From positions 1 to 39,819 of IMG/VR virus record IMGVR_UViG_3300044641_002508: a stretch of 39,819 nucleotides of DNA; one strand, given 5' to 3'. Below the pieces are notes generated by a model that saw only the letters and a list, made by a program, of their open reading frames with translations, ran no database searches and was not told the DNA's origin. Below, piece by piece: positions 16,467 to 24,159 of this stretch; within the stretch, counting starts at the first letter, position 1; every line of letters begins with the position of its first letter. The stretch comes from a virus (lineage: Duplodnaviria > Caudoviricetes). Position numbers and translations under genes: made by a program.

Positions 16467-16849
16467 TCGGACTCTTCGCTTTCCGTCTGTGTTGCTGGGT
16501 TTTCCCATGTGCTTAGACTAGCGCGCGTTGCCCACGCTAGGTTGGCGGCCTTGGCTTCGTTCCACGATGCATCCGGGTCGGTGTACCTTCGCGCAAAGTC
16601 GTAACGCGCTTTGTTCATGGCGAGGTATAAGACCATGTCGTATGCCTCTTCGCGCATGTTCTCATGGAATGTGTCCCACTTCCAGTCAAGCCATTCGCCG
16701 TCGTGTTCCTCGCAACCAGCAATGTAGCGGCGCTTCAGAACTTCTCGTAGGGTGGCTGGTCGCAGGATGTCCCAGATATGAAAGTCGACGATCTCTCTAA
16801 TCGAACTTTCAATGTGCTTCTCAACGTCGTCCCAGATTTCAGAACTCAT
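16463..16849 (-). CDS. Hypothetical protein (helical; MREEAYDMVLYL resembles all-alpha NTP-pyrophosphatase-like motifs)
   Basis: Operon packing; weak motif resemblance only. Confidence 0.55.
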   Translation of the reverse strand: MSSEIWDDVEKHIESSIREIVDFHIWDILRPATLREVLKRRYIAGCEEHDGEWLDWKWDTFHENMREEAYDMVLYLAMNKARYDFARRYTDPDASWNEAKAANLAWATRASLSTWENPATQTESEESE

Positions 16850-17306
16850 CTTCGCTCTCCAGTTCTTGCGCTAGGCGCGGGTGTAGTTTCGCCATCTGCT
16901 CGTAGGTGACAGTGAACTCTGTGCCGTCGTGTCGCGTGCATGTCTTCGGGCCCCCAGCCTTGAGGCGATACATGTGTTCCTTCAGGCTAAGTACTTGGTT
17001 AGTTCCATTTGCACAGCCCTCGTCACAGTACGGCTTGCCGCGTACTTCAAGGGTTACGCTTGGTTGGAGGGGGGCCCCACACCGTTCGCAGATATTGAAT
17101 CCAAGCGGAGGTGTTACTGCGCCTAGCAGTCGGTCGCGTTGCTTTAGTAGCCATGCTGGGTCTTCCTTTGCCTGTGCTCTTGCGCGTTCCATTTTGTATC
17201 GCATGTAAGCGGATGGATTATCAATAATCATCCCCTTGTCTTTGTCCTTTTGCACTGCCTCTTCGGCTACGAGTGAGAGGATCTTATCCATGTATTCGTC
17301 GTTCAC
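16839..17306 (-). CDS. Zinc-finger hypothetical protein
   Basis: GTG start after GAGGGGGAAG; CERCG..YCDEGC cysteine pattern. Confidence 0.6.
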   Translation of the reverse strand: MNDEYMDKILSLVAEEAVQKDKDKGMIIDNPSAYMRYKMERARAQAKEDPAWLLKQRDRLLGAVTPPLGFNICERCGAPLQPSVTLEVRGKPYCDEGCANGTNQVLSLKEHMYRLKAGGPKTCTRHDGTEFTVTYEQMAKLHPRLAQELESEDEF

Positions 17307-17308
17307 TT

Positions 17309-17926
17309 CTACGCTTCCCCCTCTAGCCACTTGATGTCTTGATCTGTTAGTTCGATTGACTGCAGAGTTTCGATGCGGTGGGCAAGGGCAATGCAGATTG
17401 CGTCTCGTTGATCCTCTGTCGCGTTGTCCCACTGATTCTCCAACTGTGGGACGTTCTCTCTAATTGCGGCATGAATCCTATCCTTCATCCGCTCACCCTC
17501 TGGCAGCGGGTACTGCTTACGGAGGATGCTCTGCCATGTCGTCGGCGAGTACCATTCCGTGTGCGGGCCGCATGCTGCTGACACAGCGCCTACGAGCGGC
17601 ATCAACTTACCGCCGAACCCGACGGGAGATTCGATGGCGACGCTTGTGATGTCTACGCTGTCGTGGATGATGTCAAGTAGACCTGCAGTTTTGTAGTGGA
17701 CTTCGACGCACCGCTCGTTGGGCTTCTTCGTGTCGATGCTGAATAGCAGCGCTCCGGTGTCACTAAGATCTCCCATCGCTGGGATGACGCCGATGGCGAT
17801 GAACTTGGTGCTGATGTCGATGCCTACGACGACTGGTTTGCGGTCAGCGGGGTCTTCGTGCGGCGGGTACAGCATGCTGGTGACGCACGACGGACAGTCG
17901 CAGAGTGTGTCTGGGTTAACTGTCAT
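17309..17926 (-). CDS. RuvC-like Holliday junction resolvase
   Basis: VVGIDIS, VAIESP and DQRDAICIA acidic motifs; ATG 17926 after AGGAAG. Confidence 0.75.
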   Translation of the reverse strand: MTVNPDTLCDCPSCVTSMLYPPHEDPADRKPVVVGIDISTKFIAIGVIPAMGDLSDTGALLFSIDTKKPNERCVEVHYKTAGLLDIIHDSVDITSVAIESPVGFGGKLMPLVGAVSAACGPHTEWYSPTTWQSILRKQYPLPEGERMKDRIHAAIRENVPQLENQWDNATEDQRDAICIALAHRIETLQSIELTDQDIKWLEGEA

Positions 17927-17993
17927 GTCTTCCTGACAGGAGATAGGCGATAAGGATAATGATTGCCAGCCCAACGACTTGGCTTGTATTCAC
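17916..17993 (-). CDS. 25-aa membrane peptide
   Basis: GTGA-coupled; MNTSQVVGLAIIILIAYLLSGRHDS. Confidence 0.5.
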   Translation of the reverse strand: MNTSQVVGLAIIILIAYLLSGRHDS

Positions 17994-18439
17994 TTCCACG
18001 AACCATCGCTGTTGAACCCGTAGAAGCCGATCATCTCGCTGCATTCCCACCCGGTGTATCCGTACCCCGGGTAGGTCTTCTCGGCCCACTTGTAGAAGCG
18101 CCACGATGCTGCGATCTGTTCCATGGGAGTGGCCTGATGCATGTCTTCTGGCTGACCCTTGCGCTTGAACGTGTCCCACAGAATATTGGTCATGCCCAAT
18201 CCTCCCTTGAAGGAGTGGTTGTGGGACTGGTGCCATGCGACACCAGCCCACTTACCCTTGCGCCCTGACGGCTGCTCGCACGCGCCAATCTTCAGGGCTG
18301 TGTCCACCCAGTACTTGGGTGGGGGCGTTGCTCCCTGCGCGTTGCTCTGTCCCCACAGAAATGCGCCGACGATGACGCATGTGAAGAGGACTCCGCACAG
18401 GAAGCCACGATCCCACTGGTTAGAACGGGATGTCGCCAT
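17990..18439 (-). CDS. Rpf-like (lysozyme-fold) transglycosylase with N-terminal signal/TM
   Basis: W..IGACE..W..FKGGL.M...W..HQATPMEQI..GWEC aligns by eye with Rpf W..IAQCES..W..YGGLQF..TW..QASREEQI..AWP.C. Confidence 0.75.
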   Translation of the reverse strand: MATSRSNQWDRGFLCGVLFTCVIVGAFLWGQSNAQGATPPPKYWVDTALKIGACEQPSGRKGKWAGVAWHQSHNHSFKGGLGMTNILWDTFKRKGQPEDMHQATPMEQIAASWRFYKWAEKTYPGYGYTGWECSEMIGFYGFNSDGSWK

Positions 18440-18797
18440 CGAACGTCTCCTGCTTCGGCGCTGCGCTGGGCGCTGCGCTGGGTGCGTCGCTGTCCTTGCG
18501 CGGATCGAATGGGTAGGCGCGCATGACGCTGACTTCGATCTTGTTGCGCTTCTGTCCGTCCTTCTCCCACTGGGAGTACTTCAACTTCCCTTCGACGCAG
18601 ACGCGGCGACCCTTCGGGATCGAAGCGATGATCTCGCCTGTCTTGCCGAAGGCGACGCAGTCGATGAAGTTGGTGTGCTCCTTCTCGCTTCCGTCCTGTG
18701 CTCGCCACTTCTCGTTGTGTGCGATGGTGAACTTGATGGCAACGCCGTTAGGTTCCGGGTCTCGGACGAGATTGCCAATGAGGTATACGCTATTCAT
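18420..18797 (-). CDS. ssb: Single-stranded DNA-binding protein
   Basis: MNSVYLIGNLVRDPE, FIDCVAFGK, GRRVCVEGKL, acidic tail DGDIPF. Confidence 0.96.
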   Translation of the reverse strand: MNSVYLIGNLVRDPEPNGVAIKFTIAHNEKWRAQDGSEKEHTNFIDCVAFGKTGEIIASIPKGRRVCVEGKLKYSQWEKDGQKRNKIEVSVMRAYPFDPRKDSDAPSAAPSAAPKQETFDGDIPF

Positions 18798-18943
18798 TTC
18801 TGCTTACGCCTTTCAATGAGGGTGTCGAACAAGTATACGGGTGCTGACAGTACTTCGATCAGCATGGCAGCCGCACAATACAGCACCGTGGCAACGATTA
18901 CCACGCATGGAATTCCAATTAGGAAGAGTAGGACTTCTGTCAT
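18794..18943 (-). CDS. Small membrane protein
   Basis: Coupled at both ends; hydrophobic, 49 aa. Confidence 0.6.
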   Translation of the reverse strand: MTEVLLFLIGIPCVVIVATVLYCAAAMLIEVLSAPVYLFDTLIERRKQK

Positions 18944-19806
18944 CAGATGTTCCCGATTGGGATGACGTTGCGGTTCTTGCTTCCGTACTCGCAGCGGTTG
19001 TAGAACTCGCACCACTGTTGGGAGCATGCCCACGTTCCGCGTGCTATCGGTGCAAACGATCCTGTCTCGCACGAGTGTTCCATCATGGACAGGATGTCAT
19101 GCGCGTAGTGATGTGTTAGTTCATCTGTCCATGCCTGATCGTCGTCTCGTACTTGGATGCTTTCGATCCTGCCCGGGGTCTTCCTGCCGATGTCGACCAC
19201 GTTCCATCCGCGTCCAACAACGGGGGTTTCTTGGGTTGCCGCCATGCCAGCGGCGTAAAGGGTCAACTGCTGGTCGATGGCTGCGGTGTCGTGCGTGTAT
19301 GTTCCGCTGCGCTTTTTGAGTGTGGCCTTGTTGTCAACGATGATCAGACCACCGGCCTCCTCGCTCAGTTCGACGAGGTCGATGTTGCCAATCATCAGCA
19401 CGTCGCTGGTGATCTCGTACTCCAGTTTGTGCTGGACGTGCTGTACGTTGGACTTTTCTGCGACGGCGGAGTACTCCCTGATCGCGCTCATCATCTTGCC
19501 CACGAGGTCGTCGTCGCCAGCGATGTCTGTCTCGTCGAAGTCGGCGTCGGGCTCGTTCCAGTACTCCAGTGCTGCGCCGATTCCAGCCTCTTCGTCTACT
19601 GGCTTGTCGTCCATGCGCTGACGCAGCATCTCGTTGGCTGCTTTGTCGAATGCGCTACCGACCTTGACGCGTCCGGGCAGTACGCCCTTGATGCCTTCGA
19701 CGTAGCGATACTCGTAAGCCTTGGGGCACTGCTTGTACATCCGCATCTGCGAGTACGAGATGAGGCCCTTGTCTCCGTCGTCATTCTTCTTGGGTAGGTT
19801 ACTCAT
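18943..19806 (-). CDS. PD-(D/E)XK exonuclease (RecB/Cas4-like, 4-Cys)
   Basis: ISYSQM..Y..CPKAY, GNIDLVE, IVDNK, QL.LYA, C....C....C; adjacent to the annealase. Confidence 0.88.
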   Translation of the reverse strand: MSNLPKKNDDGDKGLISYSQMRMYKQCPKAYEYRYVEGIKGVLPGRVKVGSAFDKAANEMLRQRMDDKPVDEEAGIGAALEYWNEPDADFDETDIAGDDDLVGKMMSAIREYSAVAEKSNVQHVQHKLEYEITSDVLMIGNIDLVELSEEAGGLIIVDNKATLKKRSGTYTHDTAAIDQQLTLYAAGMAATQETPVVGRGWNVVDIGRKTPGRIESIQVRDDDQAWTDELTHHYAHDILSMMEHSCETGSFAPIARGTWACSQQWCEFYNRCEYGSKNRNVIPIGNI

Positions 19807-20533
19807 CGGTAGCGATCTCCTCTAGATCCTTGATGATCTTGGCTTCGTTGTTCTCTACGAACTCGGCCGGGGTGTCCTCGGTGGGCTTGGCCTGAGCCTT
19901 GACCCACGCTTCGATGTCGCGTGCTACTTCTGGGTGCTTGGCGACCTGCTCTGCGAACAGTTCGAAGGTGGTTGCGTTGTCGTCGATGATGCCGCGAATG
20001 GTAAGAACCTGCTTGATCTTATCTCGCTTTGCTTTGCTCCATCCCTTGGCCTGATCAAGCACGGCGTCGTTCAGGGATGGGGCGGGCGCTGCGGACTCTA
20101 GATCGTTCTTGCTCCAGAGGTTGAGCGCGACACCGAAGCGCATGGCTGCATTGCGAATGCCGTCGCCGATGATCTCCTTGATCAGGTCGCCGTCGGTGCG
20201 GCGGTCGTTCGGTTCGACGCTGCCGTAACCGATGCGGTTCTGGTCGAAGATCCAGAGGCGGATCCACATGCCAATGGGCCTGCCCTCGGCGTTGCGATCA
20301 ACGATGGGGCTCTTGTTTAGGTCTGTTCCTACGGGCTCCCAGTGCCAGAGCGGGTCGTGGCGAAGCAGCATCTCCGTCACGGCGGCATGACCGACGTACG
20401 AAAGATTAGTTCCACCCTTAGGCTTCGTCTCCACGAGGCTGGGGTGCGGGGTGCGCAGGTCGTCGTGAAGATTGCGCAGCGCCTTGATGCGCTCGGCATC
20501 GGGCAGGTCGGGTGCGTCAATGTATTCCGGCAT
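19799..20533 (-). CDS. Rad52/Sak-like single-strand annealing protein
   Basis: GG.NLSYVGH..V...L...DP.W.W, GYG, KE.IGD.IRNAAMRFGV.L.LWSK. Confidence 0.82.
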   Translation of the reverse strand: MPEYIDAPDLPDAERIKALRNLHDDLRTPHPSLVETKPKGGTNLSYVGHAAVTEMLLRHDPLWHWEPVGTDLNKSPIVDRNAEGRPIGMWIRLWIFDQNRIGYGSVEPNDRRTDGDLIKEIIGDGIRNAAMRFGVALNLWSKNDLESAAPAPSLNDAVLDQAKGWSKAKRDKIKQVLTIRGIIDDNATTFELFAEQVAKHPEVARDIEAWVKAQAKPTEDTPAEFVENNEAKIIKDLEEIATDE

Positions 20534-20954
20534 TCTGTCTTCTCCTTCGGCACTCTTCGATGTGCCTGTTGATGGCGTCCCTGTTCCACATGGGGCGCTT
20601 CTTTTGTGGTGTGCTCATTACGAACAGTGGTGGTGGTACTCGGTGCCCATGGTTCGGGTGTCCGGGCTTTGGTAGGTGGACGCTGTGCTTATCGCACATG
20701 CGTCTGGCTTCGTCATAACTGATCAGGTCCGTGAAGTCCTTTGGAAGAAACTTCTCCGCTCCGTGATGATCCTTGACAACGTATCCGCTTGCTGGTCTGT
20801 CATCGCACGCGCAGTAGAACTTGTCTTCCTTCTTGTAGTACAACTTGTCTGCTGCTGAGAAGTGCTTGTAGATGTGCGGCTTCCCGCCACGGTTCTTTAC
20901 CTTGGGCACGTTCATCGTGCCGCTGATGTAGACCTTAGTACTCGTCTGATTCAA
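20517..20954 (-). CDS. Putative DNA-binding protein (AlpA/excisionase-like C-terminus); start uncertain
   Basis: LISYDEARRM..VPPP..RPMWNRDAI pattern. Confidence 0.5.
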   Translation of the reverse strand: MNQTSTKVYISGTMNVPKVKNRGGKPHIYKHFSAADKLYYKKEDKFYCACDDRPASGYVVKDHHGAEKFLPKDFTDLISYDEARRMCDKHSVHLPKPGHPNHGHRVPPPLFVMSTPQKKRPMWNRDAINRHIEECRRRRQNAGIH

Positions 20955-21342
20955 AGATCAAACTCTCCCATCTCATCATCGGTCGGCGATGACACTCTTG
21001 TCGGTCAGACCTGACGTACTCGTCGGTCGGTGAGACGACCCCGTCCTTCGCCGCCCTCCGCATAACTGCGCCCATTGCTCGCGGCTCATGCGTCTTGAAC
21101 TGTGGGAATGCGGTGGAGATTTTCTCCCACACGTTGTCGGTCGTGAAGAACTGCTGGTCTTCTGCGACAAGACAGCATGCAAGGTATGCCGCCTCTGCCC
21201 AGTCCGGGTCGGCGTTCTTCTCCACCCGGTCAATGGCCTCGTCTCGCGCCTGCGTTGCGGCGTTGATGCCGTGCGGAGTGTGGACGAGCGGCACCCCGTA
21301 CGAGCGAAGGATGTCTTCCACTGTCATCTGCTCGTCAGACAT
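20935..21342 (-). CDS. Hypothetical protein, possible winged helix
   Basis: FTTDNVW..EPRAMGAVMRRAAKDGVV..H.RP...W. Confidence 0.65.
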   Translation of the reverse strand: MSDEQMTVEDILRSYGVPLVHTPHGINAATQARDEAIDRVEKNADPDWAEAAYLACCLVAEDQQFFTTDNVWEKISTAFPQFKTHEPRAMGAVMRRAAKDGVVSPTDEYVRSDRQECHRRPMMRWESLIFESDEY

Positions 21343-21742
21343 TGTCTTTACCTGCGATGCAGACGTAGCCGTCGGCGATGCTACGCCCAATCGGAGTGAT
21401 GTACAGGCTGTTCGATCCAGACGTGCTGGCTGTTACGCGGGCGTTGCCGTGGACGTGGTCTGCGATACGGCGTAGATCGATGTGCTCGCTTGGCTTGTCG
21501 ATCCAGTTGACCGTCTCCTCCGGGTCAACGATAAGGACGGAGACGAGGATTGATTCGTCTTTTGCGACGAGTCCGAAGCGGGCGAGCATGTCCCGCGTCA
21601 TGGTCTTGGCGACGCTGTCGATCGTGCTGACCTCGCTGGCGAACGCGCTCATGCGCTCTGCGATCTGCGCCTCGGTGTACGTCATGTCGTCCGGGTCTGG
21701 CGTGCGGTCGTAGTCGTCCTGCTCGCGAATGCGCATTGTCAT
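21335..21742 (-). CDS. Hypothetical protein
   Basis: SD GAGGT; operon packing. Confidence 0.65.
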   Translation of the reverse strand: MTMRIREQDDYDRTPDPDDMTYTEAQIAERMSAFASEVSTIDSVAKTMTRDMLARFGLVAKDESILVSVLIVDPEETVNWIDKPSEHIDLRRIADHVHGNARVTASTSGSNSLYITPIGRSIADGYVCIAGKDNV

Positions 21743-21745
21743 GTC

Positions 21746-21934
21746 TTACCTCTTCCTTTCGATGATGTAGTGCTCGGTCGAACCCGAGCGTCTGATGAAC
21801 GTGACCTTGCCTTTCTTGTTCATCAGGTCGTGCGCTTCGCTTGTCGTTGCGACAACGTGTTCGGTGTTGCCGATCCAGACGTAGGCGAGGCTGCCCATGT
21901 TGGGGCGGGTGATGCTAGCGGGTGTCTGCTGCAT
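21746..21934 (-). CDS. Hypothetical protein (probably leaderless)
   Basis: TACCAT 6 nt upstream of the ATG, no SD. Confidence 0.55.
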   Translation of the reverse strand: MQQTPASITRPNMGSLAYVWIGNTEHVVATTSEAHDLMNKKGKVTFIRRSGSTEHYIIERKR

Positions 21935-21984
21935 AGTCGTATGGTAGTTGAGGTTTCTTACCTCAGATGTTTGGGGTTTGTAAA
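21935..21984 (-). promoter_or_regulatory. Putative middle promoter with palindromic operator TGAGGT-N5-ACCTCA
   Basis: -10 at 21941-21946, inverted repeat at 21949-21965, TTTACA half-site at 21979-21984. Confidence 0.5.
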
Positions 21985-21985
21985 T

Positions 21986-22082
21986 CTTGGCACCCCTCTG
22001 GCCGCGGGGAAGGGGACGCTAGCCAGAGGGGGAGAGACGGCCACTTGTCTCATCAGCGGCGAGAAGGGGAGCCGCTGCCAAG
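21986..22082 (-). ncRNA. Four-way-junction RNA with two UCCCCUUC loops (candidate anti-RBS sRNA)
   Basis: CUUGGCA/UGCCAAG closing helix; GCGGC-UCCCCUUCUC-GCCGC; GAGAC/GUCUC; CCCCUCUGGC..UCCCCUUCCC..GCCAGAGGGG. Fully intergenic. Confidence 0.7.
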
Positions 22083-22125
22083 TTGAGCAGGCACACCCTA
22101 CCTGCGTGCGCCTATGGTAGCAGGC

Positions 22126-22311
22126 TTACGCGCCTGTGTCGGATCCGCCGGTGTTGCGGACTCTTCCGAACTTGCGTGCCTTCTTGAGTGCTTCCGCCAT
22201 TCCCTTACGGTAGTCGACTCCGGCGTCCATGTTGACGACGATGATCTTTGACCCGTCCTTGCGGTACTTGACTGTTCCGACTTTGTCTACCTTTTTTCTT
22301 TCCATGGTCAT
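22126..22311 (-). CDS. Small basic hypothetical protein
   Basis: ATGA-coupled to the upstream gene. Confidence 0.6.
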   Translation of the reverse strand: MTMERKKVDKVGTVKYRKDGSKIIVVNMDAGVDYRKGMAEALKKARKFGRVRNTGGSDTGA

Positions 22312-22661
22312 AGCATATCACCCCAAGTTGTGTCATCGATAACGCGGTCGTCGATGTAGAGCATGTCGATCCACACTCGCTGGTATGCGCTGTGGTGGCG
22401 CTCGTCCTTGACGGAAGACTTGAAGTTATCGTAATCGATATCGTTAGCCATGGCTGCGAGCGCGTCTGCCCACTCCTTCTTGCTGCAGAGCAGGCGGTAT
22501 CCGTAGTCAGCCTTCTCGTCAAGCCACCAATCAAGGGGCTTGTCAAGGACATGGGAGATGTTGACGATATCCTGCTCGCAGCGTGCGCGTACGATCAGTC
22601 CGTCGCTGTCGTCCCTGTTCTCTACTACTGAGAAGAATCCTAGTTTTGTCATTAGCCACAT
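22308..22661 (-). CDS. Conserved-looking hypothetical protein
   Basis: MW..TK.GFFSVV..L.VRAR..DY.YR..IDY.NFK pattern; SD GGAGGA. Confidence 0.75.
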   Translation of the reverse strand: MWLMTKLGFFSVVENRDDSDGLIVRARCEQDIVNISHVLDKPLDWWLDEKADYGYRLLCSKKEWADALAAMANDIDYDNFKSSVKDERHHSAYQRVWIDMLYIDDRVIDDTTWGDML

Positions 22662-22861
22662 GGCTCTTCCTCCGGGTTCTGTCGGTAGTAGATGCTAAGC
22701 ATCAGGTCGGGCAACTTCTCGTCGCCGTCCTGCGATGCCTCGTACAGTGCGCGGTTCTCCTCGGGGGTGAGGTCGTCCGCGTCGACGATCAGCATGTCGT
22801 GGGCTGCGCATCCGCCGTGCGAATGATCAGCCATGTTATACCACAATATATTCTTAGCCAT
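22652..22861 (-). CDS. Acidic hypothetical protein
   Basis: ATG 22861 after AGGAAGGA. Confidence 0.6.
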   Translation of the reverse strand: MAKNILWYNMADHSHGGCAAHDMLIVDADDLTPEENRALYEASQDGDEKLPDLMLSIYYRQNPEEEPCG

Positions 22862-22890
22862 CTTTTTGTTCCTTCCTGTCGGGGTGTTGA

Positions 22891-22930
22891 CCACCCCCGC
22901 CCGAAGTGATGGATAGGCGGGCGGGGGTGG
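22891..22930. terminator. 13-bp perfect inverted repeat (terminator or RNase III site)
   Basis: CCACCCCCGCCCG-N14-CGGGCGGGGGTGG just downstream of the DUF932 stop; no U-tract. Confidence 0.5.
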
Positions 22931-22936
22931 ATTCGG

Positions 22937-23929
22937 TTAGGCGGCGAGCGCCACTGCCACGCTGCGATCCTTCAGCGTGGTGGTCTGATTGGCACCGAGC
23001 AGGTTCTTGTCGATGAACTTGTCGTCGGAGCGGTGGTTCTTGCTCCAGTCGACGTACTCAGCGACGGCCTGCACGAAGCCCCACTTCGTGTGCTTCACGT
23101 TGGCGAGGTTGTCCACGTCCCATGCGGCGTGGATCGCCTCGCGCGTGTTCTGTGCGATGGTCAGCCCGCGCGTGGACTCGTCGTCCTTCGGAGTCGGGAG
23201 CGGGACGAGCATCTCCAGCATGCGGTCGAACGAGATGCGGTTGATCGGCTGTGCGATGAGCGTGTCGCCGAGCGTCTGCAGTTCGTCGAAGTAGGCGTTG
23301 CTGAAGCCGAGCATGTCACGCGCGTCGCGCACCTTGTCGGTCACGTTCGGCGTGTGCCTGCCCTTCCACATGTTCTTGGCCTCTTTCATGCTCCACTGTA
23401 GCGTGTTCTGGCAGACCACGCGGATCGGCGTGGTGTACACGCTGAGTGCGGTGTTGCCGTCGTGCCCGTTGCAGAGGGTGACGTAGGGGTCGATGCGCTC
23501 GTCGGGGTCGCCGCCGATCAGGATGTCCCTGTTCAGGCGGGCGAGTGCCCAGATCTTGCGCCCGTTGTAGAGGCTACCGGCGGTGTGGTAGTGCGCGTCG
23601 CCCTTGCCGATGATCTCGTCGAAGAAGTCGAAGGCGTCGACGTTCTGGATCACCTTGTAGTGCGGGGTGACGATGCCGAGCGCCTCGCCCGTGTCCATGC
23701 GGACGTTCGCGACCTTGTTCGGGATGGGCGTGGTCGTGTCGGGCATGTCGTCGCCGTTCGGGATGTGGACGTGGATTTCGTGCTGCTCCACCGTCCAGTC
23801 CAGACCGGCGAGACGGATGGCCTCTGCGCTGGTGACCACGTCCTCGTCGATGACGGTGCCGAGGCGGTGCCATGCTGGCTCGCGGTTTCCGTAGAACGCC
23901 TTGTCGTGCTCCATGATGCCGTGGCTCAT
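22937..23929 (-). CDS. DUF932 family phage/plasmid protein
   Basis: PAWHRLG..AI.LAGLDW.V, Y.VIQN..AF.FFD, TAGSL..GR..W, N.HDG, TP.RVVCQNTL; start set by the repeat RBS. Confidence 0.9.
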   Translation of the reverse strand: MSHGIMEHDKAFYGNREPAWHRLGTVIDEDVVTSAEAIRLAGLDWTVEQHEIHVHIPNGDDMPDTTTPIPNKVANVRMDTGEALGIVTPHYKVIQNVDAFDFFDEIIGKGDAHYHTAGSLYNGRKIWALARLNRDILIGGDPDERIDPYVTLCNGHDGNTALSVYTTPIRVVCQNTLQWSMKEAKNMWKGRHTPNVTDKVRDARDMLGFSNAYFDELQTLGDTLIAQPINRISFDRMLEMLVPLPTPKDDESTRGLTIAQNTREAIHAAWDVDNLANVKHTKWGFVQAVAEYVDWSKNHRSDDKFIDKNLLGANQTTTLKDRSVAVALAA

Positions 23930-23935
23930 GTCGTG

Positions 23936-24007
23936 CTCCCTTCTGTTGGTGTACCCATAGTGTGGCACAAGATTGTAGGTTGTTTTGTAAATACTTTGTG
24001 AGTATTT
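23936..24007 (-). promoter_or_regulatory. Early cassette repeat R1 (direct repeat, degenerate palindrome, -10, TACACC, RBS)
   Basis: Minus strand: CTCACA-N5-TTTACA-N21-CACACT-ATGGGTACACC-AAC-AGAAGGGA. Confidence 0.8.
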
Positions 24008-24011
24008 ACCG

Positions 24012-24092
24012 GGGAACCGCGCACCTTCGTCGGCTGATTACTCAGGTCTAACCATCCTGATTTGACCCCGTGGTTAGCGGGTCGTGGTTCCC
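24012..24092. ncRNA. Kissing-loop structured RNA
   Basis: Closing helix GGGAACCGC/GTGGTTCCC; hairpin loops CTAACCA (24048-54) and TGGTTAG (24071-77) are perfectly complementary. Confidence 0.6.
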
Positions 24093-24095
24093 TTG

Positions 24096-24159
24096 GGATG
24101 AGCCGCCTCTCCGGAGGGCGGCGGGACTTTAGCGCTTTCGCGTCGATCCCTTTTCATCC
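24096..24159 (-). ncRNA. Three-way junction RNA with GAAA tetraloop
   Basis: GGAUGA/UCAUCC; GGGAU-CGA-CGC-GAAA-GCG-CUAAA-GUCCC; GCCGCC..GGCGGC. Confidence 0.45.

Noticed and set aside
22030-22060. CUGAUGAG on the minus strand as a second hammerhead
   Set aside because: No GAAA follows the GAGAC/GUCUC stem and there is no stem III or cleavage triplet; it is better explained as part of the four-way junction.
24030-24050. TPP riboswitch (ACCUGA..GUAAU..CGAAGG resemblance on minus strand)
   Set aside because: The UGAGA pyrimidine-sensing motif and the P4/P5 spacing are missing.
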